Shown: positions 49,201 to 59,211 of the stretch, one piece after another | How positions within the stretch are numbered: position 1 is the stretch's first letter | Layout of the letters: the number at the start of each line of letters is the position of its first letter | Source: Podarcis filfolensis | Lineage: Eukaryota | DNA: 64,000 nucleotides | Strand: one strand, 5' to 3' | Assembly: GCA_964270895.1 (NCBI GenBank) | Contig: OZ185440.1 | Position numbers and translations under genes: made by a program | Notes under the pieces: model-generated | The model's database searches: none | What the model was told of the DNA's origin: nothing | The model's input: the letters and a program-made list of their open reading frames with translations, nothing else

Positions 49201-49567
49201 GTCAGCTGGGTGGGTGCTCAGCACCTTTGTACTGTATGTTGGTGGCTCAGCCCAGAAAGGATGGGGTGTTTGTTGATTTAAATCTGTCCTTATTTGACCC
49301 CACAGATCCAATCCACTGGGTCGGACTCCAATGTGACTGAAATGAATGAGAGCAGCACAGTGGTGCAAAGCCATTTATTTCAGTGGGTCTCACACAGGGA
49401 CCGTACCCAGTGGAATGAACATGAACTGGCGCAACTGTCTTCTGAGAAACTTCCCAGTCCTTTGGAAATAGCTCGTACATAGTTCCTTTTCTGTCCATAG
49501 ATCTTACAGCTTGTATCTGTTATCATCTCTCTTGTCTAGGAATGTAAAAGTGCTCCTAAAGATGTGT

Positions 49568-49581
49568 AATAAATAAATAAA
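49568..49581 (+). terminator. Probable KIF3B poly(A) signal (overlapping AATAAA x3)
   Basis: AATAAATAAATAAA with upstream TGTA elements; implies a 3' UTR of about 3.4 kb. Confidence 0.6.
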
Positions 49582-50136
49582 AATTCAATTGGATTTATTG
49601 TATGTAAAATAATAATAATAAAGCCTCTTCCTTCCCCTCCTCATTGTTTTTAGTTACATTTTTTCATATGCTGTTTCACATTCACAGATTTTCTTTTGGA
49701 AAAGGTGTTCATACATTGATGGGAAACTTGAGTCCTAGAATTTTATTAGATTTCTAAACTCATCCCATATTTTAAGCCCTTGATCCCAGTAGAGTTCCTG
49801 CTGTTCCCTTTTGCCACCAGACTTTTTAACCAGTATGATTATATAATCATGTATCTGAATCTTTCCCCACCCACCTATACTTCATTTCCCACCTGTTATT
49901 GAGGCCATTATTTCAGAAGGAGCAGGAGCTGGTAGTTTTCAACCTCACCCTGTCCTTCCTCCAAGGTTGCTGTTTGAGGTAGGTAGGCACAAGGAAAGAG
50001 GCAGTGCTCTGCCATTTAATCCCAGTTCCTGAACGTGTGAGTGCGTGTGTGTGTTAGGTGGTCAAAGTGTCAGAAACATTACCTAGTTCCCACAACCTCT
50101 TTCGCTGGGCATATTTAAGTAGAGGCTACCTGCCAG

Positions 50137-50402
50137 CTTCACAGATTATGAAGCTGAGGCTCCAAGACTTTGGCCACCTCATGAGAAGAGAAGACTCCCT
50201 GGAAAAGACCCTGATGGTGGGAAAGATGGAGGGCACAAGGAGAAGGGGACGACGGAGGATGAGATGGTTCGACAGTGTTGTCGAAGCTATAAACATGAGT
50301 CTGACCAAACTGCGGGAGGCAGTGGAAGACAGGAGTGCCTGGCGTGCTCTGGTCCAGGGGGTCACGAAGAGGCGGACACGACTAAACGACTAAACAACAA
50401 CA
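50137..50402 (+). mobile_element. BovB 3' fragment
   Basis: KLRLQDFGHLMRREDSLEKTLM...RTRLND; (CAA)n tail; 9-bp TSD ACCTGCCAG. Confidence 0.93.
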
Positions 50403-50804
50403 ACCTGCCAGGGGTGCTAGATCTCTCTGAAGCATTCTGCAATGCAGGTATTAATACTACGCAGCTCGAAGCAATAGGATGAATAAAAACTGACTCCTCT
50501 CGGAATAAAAAAGTATCCAGACCGAAAAGTATGGTTCCAAAAAAAGCAGACCTTTACTAACAGAACTTTCTTCAAAAGAGACTTACAACAAGAATGAAAC
50601 ATCCAAACAGTTGCATAAAAGCATGTGCTTCTCAAGCATGTTTTCTTTCCCAGTTTCTAACACTGCTTGGGAGCTGTGGTAGACGTAACGTCCTCTATGT
50701 TGCATGAGGGTGACAAAGAGTTCTGCTCATCGTGGCATTGCTGCTTCCTGGCTCTGGGGTAGGTCAGAGGAAGAGAAGAGGAAAGAGTGAGTGACCTTGC
50801 AAGA

Positions 50805-50965
50805 TTACCTTTTCTCTAAACTGAGAAGACCCAGAGATCACAACCTTTCTCCATGGGGAGGGTGTTCCATTCCATGGATCAATTCAGTTGCTCTTTCCTG
50901 AACCTTTTCCCAACCCCGCAACATCCTTTTTGAGGTGAGGCCACCAGAACTGTGCATGGTATTAT
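50805..50965 (-). mobile_element. CR1 LINE ORF2 remnant
   Basis: Degenerate match to the CR1 C-terminal LGLFSLEK region. Confidence 0.55.
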
Positions 50966-51204
50966 TTCAAACGCAATTGCACTGTAGATAGGAAAAATTC
51001 TCCAAAAACCTCACCTTTGACTCTGAGCCTGGGTAGGGCAGGGTATAAATAAAAGTTATTATTATTAATGTTTTAAAGGAGAGGGTGGGAGGTGCTTCAG
51101 AGAGCAATTTACTAACCCATTTCCTGCAGTGCCTTAAATTTCTTTTCCCCCACCCCAAACCAAATAGCACAAATTTTATGGCCTACTCACATCTGGGTCT
51201 GTGG

Positions 51205-51296
51205 TGGTCAAGACTGCCTCTGCAATGTGTGGGGGGGGGGTGACATGGTTGCCCTTGACTACTAGCCCCTGCTCAGTCCCCCGTCATGCTGGAATC
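51205..51296 (-). pseudogene. TARDBP-like: TARDBP-like exon 6 5' remnant (LVVKGNHV-TPPP-HIAEA vs TDP-43 LIIKGISV-HISNA)
   Basis: Short similarity in the expected order after exon 5; poly-C insertion; acceptor not certain; no Gly-rich domain recognised. Confidence 0.5.
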
Positions 51297-51469
51297 TCAG
51301 CTAAAGCTTCTACGACAGACAGCCACCCAATAGGACAAGAATTAGTCTGTCTTGTCACTCATGAGCCTGCTGCACTTAAGTTTTTCTATACAGTAAGAAC
51401 TTCATGAACAATGCTTAAGAATAAGTTGCCCACACATCAGCAAAAGACCAGGGCACTTTGCACAGATAC

Positions 51470-51634
51470 CTGATCATCAGCAAACGTAACAGGCAAAGCC
51501 TCCAAAGGGTTATTCAACGAAGACATCAATGACTTCTCCAAATCGGCAAATAAACTCACAGATATCATCTGCATTCATGTCTTCGGTGCAATCCAGCACA
51601 CCTTCCTCGGATTTGAAAATTCTTCTGAAGTTGG
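51470..51634 (-). pseudogene. TARDBP-like: TARDBP-like exon 5 (RRM2), disabled
   Basis: caccag|CCA ... GATGATCAG|gtatct, exactly at the TDP-43 exon 5 ends. CTEDMNADDICEFICRFGEVIDVFVE*PF vs [29 protein letters not shown] (15/29 identical). Deletions of 4 and 2 nt, plus a TAA at 51510-12. Confidence 0.88.
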
Positions 51635-51841
51635 CTGGTGCCAATGCAGAACAAAAGATTAATATTATTTATTGAATTTTTTATATTAGAAAAACAATTT
51701 AAAAGCAATTTAAAAGAAGAAGCAGTACCCTCTTGCTGGGCAGCAGCAGTCCTTATGAAAACTGTCAGGCCCCGCCCTGGGCCAGGTGGAGAGAGGCAGG
51801 AACAGGGCCCTTAGACTCTCAGCAGGGTGGTCCTTGCCAGG

Positions 51842-51844
<3 letters not shown>

Positions 51845-51889
<45 letters not shown>
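51845..51889. repeat. (CAG)15 trinucleotide repeat
   Basis: Direct reading; lies in intron 4 of the TARDBP-like relic. Confidence 0.95.
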
Positions 51890-51890
<1 letters not shown>

Positions 51891-52200
51891 CCTTAGATTT
51901 TAATTAATACAAATGTTTTTGTCTAGCTGTTTTAATAACCAACATACTGCATGCAGAGTTGTGTACACACATATCTGCTTTCTTGCACAGAAGCCCTTCT
52001 GCTATGAACACTTCACACATTTCCATGTGCCTGTGCAGTAAAAACACCAGAAACAGAACTTATGTCAAGCTTAGAAGACACTCCGTTACTTATTTTGAGA
52101 AATGGGGAGAAAAAGAACAACCATCTCTGGATTCATCTGTGCTTCTGAACAAACACTGTGAGAGATTAACGTGACACTTTGGCTTAAATCGCAAGGAAAC

Positions 52201-52342
52201 TTCCTTGAGGTTCTATTTCAGAAGCTGGGATCGAATGTGGCGGTCCAAGCCTCTCTACCATGACTTTCATCTGTGCTTCGTAGTCGGCAAATCTCACCAG
52301 ACCGATCCGCTTCAACTGGCTGGATCTGCAATCAGTCATCAC
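52201..52342 (-). pseudogene. TARDBP-like: TARDBP-like exon 4 (RRM1 second half)
   Basis: ctcttctcctgaccctag|GTG. VMTDCRSSQLKRIGLVRFADYEAQMKVMVER vs [31 protein letters not shown] (14/31 identical). 3' third diverged; donor GAA|gtttcc is weak. Confidence 0.85.
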
Positions 52343-53150
52343 CTAGGGTCAGGAGAAGAGATGAGATGGCTGTAACAACAATGGCATTGCACTACCAATT
52401 GCGTACCAATTCTACCAGCTATTTCATGGGTTGAATTTCAAAATGAAGTAGTGCGGAAAATAATGTTTGATGATTTTCAGCGGAAGGTTTCATCCTGCTT
52501 TCATCATCTTCCCTTGCTAACAGCTGCAGCCTAGAGACCAGGCTCCACTGTCCCTCAACAGCCATTCTGTCTGGCTGCAGAAGAGGGAGAGAATGGAGAG
52601 AGGCCCACTCCATGAATTCTGCCGAGAAACCAGCTCAGCCATGTAACTTTCGGGGTTCTCTCTCTCTCGACTCAGATTTAGACAAACCACCCCAGCTACC
52701 AGCATGAAAAGGTCAGAACTCTTCCTATTTTTATCACAATGACTTCAACTGACCAAACTCAATACCGAAACGGACTAAGACCACAAATTCTGCTGAATTC
52801 TGAAACAGATGCGGTTGCTCAGTCCCAGTCCCTTGCTTCAGTGGCCCTCAAGGGACGACTTGTTTCCATCATGCGTTGATTGAACCACAGCCACTTAGTC
52901 CCAGCACCGAAGAAGACAAAAGTCCGAGGGCAGCAAATGGCATCTCAACAATCCTGTTCCCAAAAAGAAATTTCTGTTCTCGATACCAGGCTCGGATACC
53001 ATTTTTTATGGTTATTTATTTATTTATTTTTGGGTAATTTCTTTCTTGCAGTGGGTGAAGCAATATCTCTTAAGAAACCACAACAAACAGCAGTTACATT
53101 TGGATGCTTTGGCCAGTCATGGCTCATGGAAGGGTAGTTACGCCAGATAC

Positions 53151-53296
53151 CTGGACTCTGAGAACTGCTCCAAATCTGCTGAAGAACTCCTCCAGTTTGC
53201 GCTCGGACGTTTCCCATGCGAGCCCATAAACCACCAGGTCAGCGGTACCAAGACATTCTTGTTTCACATCCATTTCCTCCATTTTCAAATTCTTGC
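53151..53296 (-). pseudogene. TARDBP-like: TARDBP-like exon 3 (NLS region and RRM1 first half), reading frame intact
   Basis: ctttag|GC ... GTCCAG|gtatct; 146 nt, phase 1 to 0 as in TARDBP. ADLVVYGLAWETSERKLEEFFSRFGAVLRVQ vs [31 protein letters not shown] (18/31 identical). Confidence 0.9.
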
Positions 53297-53494
53297 CTAA
53301 AGATAGATGTGTCCATCAAACATAGTCAGCACTTTAAAAAATAGCTAAACAAATATTCCCATTAGTTGCACTGAAAAATTTGAGTGAAGCAGATCATTCT
53401 AGAGCTACGTGAAACTCAATCCTAGGTTACTCATCGGGTTTAAGTTTTTCACTCTGAAGTACCACTGTGTTCAAATAGGGCCAATTCCTTAATA

Positions 53495-53756
53495 CAGTGG
53501 TGCCCCGCAAGACGAATGCCTCGTAAAACGAAAAACGTGCAAGACAAAAGGGTTTTTCAGTTTTTGTGTCGCTTCGCAAGACGATTTTCCCTTTGGGCTT
53601 GCTTCTGCAAGACGAAACGTCTTGCAAGTTCTTGCGAGTTTGTTTCCTTTTTCTTAAAGCCGCTAAGCCGCTAATAGCCGTGCTTCGCAAGACGAAAAAA
53701 CCGCAAGAGGAAGAGACTCGCAGAACGGATTAATTTCATCTTGCGAGGCACCACTG
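53495..53756. mobile_element. Tigger-like MITE (GCAAGACGAA-rich subfamily)
   Basis: TA-CAGTGGTGCC...GGCACCACTG-TA; related to 58886. Confidence 0.88.
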
Positions 53757-54341
53757 TAACTATTTAGGATTACAGCCTTGAGGTGTATTTGCTTTTTTTG
53801 TTTGTTTGTTTGTTTACCAATTGCTCCCACTTGCAATCCTTTTCATCTTTAAAACCACTGTTAGCGTGTCCCATATATTTAAAAGACGAAAAGAAACTAT
53901 GTAATTTAGTTGATCGATGAGGGGTCTAAAAATAAAAGATGCCCAATTGCCTAACAATTTGAGCAACTTACAGGGCTCTGGAAATCTAGGACAAACTAAA
54001 AGAAAATAGATTATCAATATATAGGTTTTCATAGTCAAAGAACCCATAATTCTTTTTTTAAAAAAGGCAAATACAGCACATAAAAACAAGGACTGAGCCA
54101 TTTCAGAGATCACAGGAAACTGAAGCTTCCCAGGCAGTACACGGCACAGGGAATACTTGCATCACCTTTGGGATGATCACAGAATCAGAGTTGGAAGGGA
54201 CCTCTGAGGGTCATCTAGTCCAACCCCTGCAATGAAGGAACCTCCACTCAAGCAGCTGTGATAGATGGCCATGCAGCTCTCTCCCATAGGAGAGCATAAG
54301 GCAGCCAGTTAAATCTTCTTCCTTCCATTTACCCCTATAAA

Positions 54342-54680
54342 AGTAAAGGGTAAAGGGACCCCTGACCATTAGGTCCAGTCGTGGCCGACTCTGGGGTTGC
54401 GGCGCTCATCTCGCTTTACTGGCCGAGGGAGCCGGTGTACAGCTTCCGAGTCATGTGGCCAACAAGACTAAGCCGCTTCTGGCAAACCAGAGCAGTGCAC
54501 AGAAACGTCGTTTACCTTCCCGCCGGAGCGGTACCTATTTATCTACTTGCACTTTGAGCTGCTTTCAAACTACTAGGTTGGCAGGAGCTGGGACTGAGCA
54601 ACGGGAGCTCACCCCGTCGCGGGGATTCGAACCGCCAATCAGAAGTCTTCTGATTGGCAAGTCCTAGGCTCTGTGGTTTA
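54342..54680 (-). mobile_element. Sauria SINE, slightly 5'-truncated
   Basis: Same consensus; carries an internal perfected palindrome at 54634-54658. Confidence 0.9.
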
Positions 54681-54816
54681 TTAGGACACAAAAGCAATAA
54701 CCTCATGTCTGGGAAAGGGAAAGTAAGGCAGAAGAGGCAGGGCTGGCTTTAAGGGCATAGCAATCTGCTCTTTTGAGCAAGAACTTCATGTCTGAGGCAG
54801 TTAGGCAGCATCTTAC

Positions 54817-55400
54817 CCGCCTTAACATGTGCAACACATGCACAGAAGTGGGGCAGGGCAAGATTTCCCCCCACCCCACTACTCTGAAATAAATAACCCC
54901 CTTGATGTTTTTTGCAGCGTCTGAGGAGCTTGCTGTTTTGCAGGCTGTTGGGCAATTGGCTGTGGCTGCGAGGGGGGTGGGGGGAGAGCTGAGGCAGAGA
55001 CGGTTTTGCAGTGATTGTAACTGTTTTGCATGGTGACATCTCTGCAAAACCCTATCTGCAAAACCGATCTTTGCCTCGGCTCTCCCGTGGAATACCGTTA
55101 CAATCCCTGCAAACATTTCATCCCCCCCAATAGTTAATTTTAGTTAATTTTCCAAATTTATAACAAACATAAAAAACATTACAATATAAAAAAGACAAGC
55201 GAACAAACATATATCCTAACTGTAAAAATTCCAATTTAATTATCGTTACTGGATGACTTCCTCGAGCCCCCCTAGCTGAGTTTCCATATAACTCATTGTA
55301 GCGGTTTTCCAATATCCCTGCAAACATTGCAAACGATTTCTCGGCACACCCCCAGCCACACCCGTGCCCAACATACACGCATGCACGCTTCCACATGATA
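54817..55400 (-). pseudogene. TARDBP-like: Tentative TARDBP-like exon 2 (N-terminal domain) remnant, broken by insertions
   Basis: TANCPTAC vs TAQFPGAC; KNIKGVIYFRVVGWG vs RLVEGILHAPDAGWG; strong phase-1 donor GCGG|gtaaga compatible with exon 3. Similarity is weak and frameshifted. Confidence 0.35.
55118..55313 (-). mobile_element. Short LINE-tail-like retro-insertion
   Basis: Flanked by the 15-bp direct repeat ATCCCTGCAAACATT (55103-117 and 55314-328); AT-rich 3' UTR-like body. Confidence 0.7.
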
Positions 55401-56354
55401 AGCTTTGCAGGCTTCACGGACTTCATATAATGAACTGTACAATGATTCTAAGAGCCTGGGGGTGCAGAAAGGCTGCCCCTGGACTGGGAGGCTCCATAAG
55501 GCCTTAGGAAGAGCTTGGCAGCTGGATGAGGCCAAGCGAGGCCCCGTCCCCCTAGCCTTGCGACAAGCAGCCCCCCAGAGATGCCCTTACCCGCAACAGG
55601 ATTCGAACGCAGAACCAGCCGCCCTCTCCCTTCCGTGGTTCCCAGCAAGGGGGAGTCCGACGCGTTGGCTGCCTGCGGTGCTACTTATCTCTCTCCCCCC
55701 CCCCATTTCTTTGTTTATTGCATTTATTATCCCACCTTCCCCCCCCAAAGATCTCTAGGTGGCGCACCTGGTTCTCCCCCTCCTCCACGTGTCACCCCAA
55801 CAACCACCCTGTGAGGTAGGTTAGGTCGAGAGGCAGTGAAGGGCCCACGGCCGAGTGGGGATTCGAACCCAGGTCCTTAGCCCGACACTCTAACCATTAT
55901 ACCACACTGCCGCCCCTCAGTGACATGTGGGCCGGCCCTCAGAACGGGGTCAGGGTCAGGGCTCTCCCGTCTCTCCCCGCCCGCCTCTCAACGGGCCAAC
56001 GCGGGAGCTGGGAGCGTTAACGGGTTTGCGCGTTCACACGAGGGCTGGACGCGCGAGTACCCGGATGTCTCGGCCTCTTCCCGGCTTCCCCCTCCCCGCT
56101 TGGCGCCGCCGCCCATCATGCACCGCGGCAGCCTCCCCGCAGCGTCGCCAGCGCCGGAGCGGAAGCCCCCTCCTCTTCCGGGCGGGAGAGGGCGCATTCT
56201 CCCCGCCGCGGCGCCTTCTGGGATTTGTAGGCCCGACGCCCTTGCCGCGCGTGCCCGCCTCCGCTCCCCGCTCCGCTCGCCAAGACTACATCTCCCGTCG
56301 GCCCGCGCGGCTTGTTTTCCTTCAAACCCCCCCGAGCGAGCCCTCTCCCTCCCT

Positions 56355-56554
56355 NNNNNNNNNNNNNNNNNNNNNNNNNNNNNNNNNNNNNNNNNNNNNN
56401 NNNNNNNNNNNNNNNNNNNNNNNNNNNNNNNNNNNNNNNNNNNNNNNNNNNNNNNNNNNNNNNNNNNNNNNNNNNNNNNNNNNNNNNNNNNNNNNNNNNN
56501 NNNNNNNNNNNNNNNNNNNNNNNNNNNNNNNNNNNNNNNNNNNNNNNNNNNNNN
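56355..56554. other. Assembly gap (200 N)
   Basis: Direct reading. Confidence 1.
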
Positions 56555-56681
56555 CTCTCTGCCCCCCCCCCCCTCCCGCGGCCGCTGTTGTTGTCCTCCG
56601 CCGCCCCCCCCTCTCGACCTCCTCCTCCTCGCGCGCGCGCCTGCCGGGAGCGCCCCTCGCTTGTTTTCCCCTCGGAGGAAG

Positions 56682-56741
56682 ATGAAGGAGATGAAGCAGA
56701 GGAGGAAGAAGGAGCGCACGTGGGCCGAGGCCGCCCGCCTG
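56682..56741 (+). CDS. ASXL1: ASXL1 coding exon 1 (MKEMKQRRKKERTWAEAARL), start of the HARE-HTH domain; exon 2 not found in window
   Basis: Matches the ASXL1 N-terminus KKKKERTWAEAARL; donor CTG|gtgag in phase 0; synteny with KIF3B. Confidence 0.93.
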
Positions 56742-57224
56742 GTGAGAAAGTGGGGGGGGGGAGAATAAGCCCCTCGCGTGGGTTTTTTCCCCTCCTTTTT
56801 GTGTGTGCATTGGGGGGGTGTTTATGGGGCGGAGGGCTCTTCCTTCCCTTTGTCGCTTTGTGGGGCGGGGAGGGAGGAGCTGCTTCCCCATGGAAACGTT
56901 GCAGGGGGGGTCCTCACCTTTTCCAGGTGGGAGAGCTACGTGGGCACAACTCCCCCTCCACTCTCCCACCCCCCACGAGGATGGGCGTAAGAACGAGAGC
57001 GAGGCCATGCAGGAGGGTCAAAACTTGAAATCCCCCCCAGTTCGGTCTTTGGGGCTCTTAGGCCCTGCAGAGGATCCACAAAGTGGAGGTGGGAAACGTG
57101 TGAAGCCCTCCAGGTGATGCTGGACTACAACTCCCATCATCCCCTGACCGTATTGGCAGTGGGAGTTCAACAGAGGGCCGCAAGTTTCCCCATTCCCATG
57201 ATGCAGAATCTCTGTCCTAAGGAT

Positions 57225-57778
57225 GCCAGAAGAGCCCGGCTGCTGGATCAGGCCAAAGATTTGTCTAGTCCACCATCCTGTTCTCACAGTGGCCAACCAG
57301 ACCCCTTGGCAGTAAGTCTGCAAGGAGAACCAGAATGCATCTGTGCTCTCCTGGATGTAATTCTTAACAGCTGGTATTGAGAGGCATGCTGCATCTGACA
57401 GCGGAAGAATAACATAACGGTCCTGCATAGCAGCTCTAGATACCCTTGTGTTCCATGAATTTTTATAATCCACCATTAAAGCCATCAAGCCTGGTTGCCA
57501 TCATGCTTTGGTAAGAAGTGTCATAGTTCTGTGAAAAAGAACTTTCTTTTCTCTTGACCTTTCAACTTCATTGGATTGCCACAGGTTCTAGTGTTATGAG
57601 AGAGGGGTAAAAGCTTTTTATAAAGTTCTGAAATGCCCCAACTTGACTTTTCTCCAAACTAAAAAGTCCCAAATGATGTAACCTTTTCTCATAGGAGAGC
57701 TGCTGCAGACCCCAGTCATTTTTACTGCTTTTTTCTGAAGTGAGATAACTGTACACAATATTCTAAATGTGGTCACAT
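57225..57778 (-). mobile_element. CR1 LINE 3' fragment
   Basis: GLQQLSYEKRLHHLGLFSLEK plus the squamate CR1 3' UTR (GCTGGATCAGGCCAAAG...CTAGTCCA). Confidence 0.75.
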
Positions 57779-57905
57779 GTCCAAGGTGCTAACGTCACAT
57801 TTATGTTTGTGTGTAGGTTCTGTGAAGGCTGTGCTAGTAATAGACAAGTTCATCTACAAACAAATGACAGTTGCTTCAGCCTCCCTAGAATAGGGAGAAA
57901 CAATA

Positions 57906-58114
57906 CAGTGGCACCTTGGTTTTCAAATGTCTCTGTTGACGAACATTTCGGTTTTTGAATGCTGTAAACATGGAACTAAATGGTTTGGTTTTTGAACACG
58001 CCTCAGAAGTCGAACATGCCACGTGGCTTCCGTATTGGGTTTTTTGTTTTCGAACATTTCAGAACTCAAACGGTCTTCTGGAACAGATTACGTTCGAAAA
58101 CCAAGGTACCACTG
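57906..58114. mobile_element. Tigger-like MITE
   Basis: TA-CAGTGGCACCTTGGTTTTC...GAAAACCAAGGTACCACTG. Confidence 0.85.
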
Positions 58115-58885
58115 CAATAATATTTAGAGGGGTAGCCATGTTACAACACAAACATAGCCATGTCTACTCAGAATTAAGCCCCATTGAATTCAGTAGGACT
58201 TACTCTAATGTAAGTGGGGTTAGTATTGAAATCATTATGATACAGCCGCCTTGTGGGTAACTGATGAAATGGGTCACAAGACTGAGTGTTTTTACAATAA
58301 TATTCTTCACATTTGTATAATGCTTTCAAATGTTCAAAATGATCCATATGCCTATAATGTAAGTTAGTGTTTTCCCCAGGTGGACAGGATTAAGGCTGAG
58401 ATAGACATGTTTGTCAGAGGCCAACTTTTAAGTTCATTGCACACTTGAGATTCAAACCCAAGGACTTGCATATTTGTAGCTCACCCTCATACCTACTGCA
58501 GCACACCAGCTTTGCAATAAGGATCCTATAATGGGAAGAGAGGAGCCCGTCAGGAAATAATGAAGCATTGGACTGGAATTCCATTTTGTGTATTTAGAAA
58601 TTTTTCAATGCAACAGGGATTTATACTTCATTCATTCTCCATAGAGCACTCCCTCAGGATGCAAGAAATTTGAGAGCTTGTCCTATAATTTATACTTATG
58701 TCATGGGGCTTGGAATGAGTTACACAGAAATTGTCTGAAGCATAGTATATGGTTGCACAGTTCTTTCCACATTAGAGGCAGTATACAATGTGGTAGAATA
58801 AACTTTTTTTGGAAAGATTGCTTCTGGTTCAGGGTATGAAAATGAATTTCCAAGCTCAGAGTTAGTCACCTCTGTTTTCCTGATA

Positions 58886-59136
58886 CAGTGGTACCTCGCA
58901 AGACGAAAACGCACAAGACGAAAACGCGCAAGACGAAAGGGTTTTTCGTTTTTTGCGTTGCTTCGCAAGACGATTTTCCCTATGGGCTTGCTTCGCAAGA
59001 CGAAAACGTCTTGCGAGTTTGCTTCCTTTTTCTTAAAGCCGTTAATACCCAGCGAATCCGCGCTCCGCAAGACGAAAAAATCGCTAGACGACACAACTCG
59101 CGGAAGGAATTAATTTCGTCTTGCGAGGCATCACTG
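58886..59136. mobile_element. Tigger-like MITE (GCAAGACGAA-rich)
   Basis: TA-CAGTGGTACCTCGCAAGAC...GTCTTGCGAGGCATCACTG-TA. Confidence 0.9.
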
Positions 59137-59211
59137 TATATACTTGTCTATGTGTGAGTAAAGAGTCTCCTCTGTTTAAGTTCATTCATGTTGGCATAAG
59201 CATGTCAGATA

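Larger units (their letters stand above)
55920..56760. promoter_or_regulatory. ASXL1: ASXL1 CpG-island promoter and 5' UTR
   Basis: GC/CpG-rich. ETS CCGGATGT at 56061-68; ZNF143/THAP11-type ACTACA-N2-TCCC motifs at 56218-31 (-) and 56285-97 (+). Confidence 0.8.

Noticed and set aside
55250-55330. AMFAGILENRYNELYGNSARG, in register with TDP-43 [21 protein letters not shown]
   Set aside because: Most of the match lies inside the TSD-flanked retro-insertion 55118-55313, so it is coincidental.
55920-57028. Long ORFs (238-282 aa) over the ASXL1 island
   Set aside because: Artefacts of GC-rich sequence and translation through the 200-N gap.
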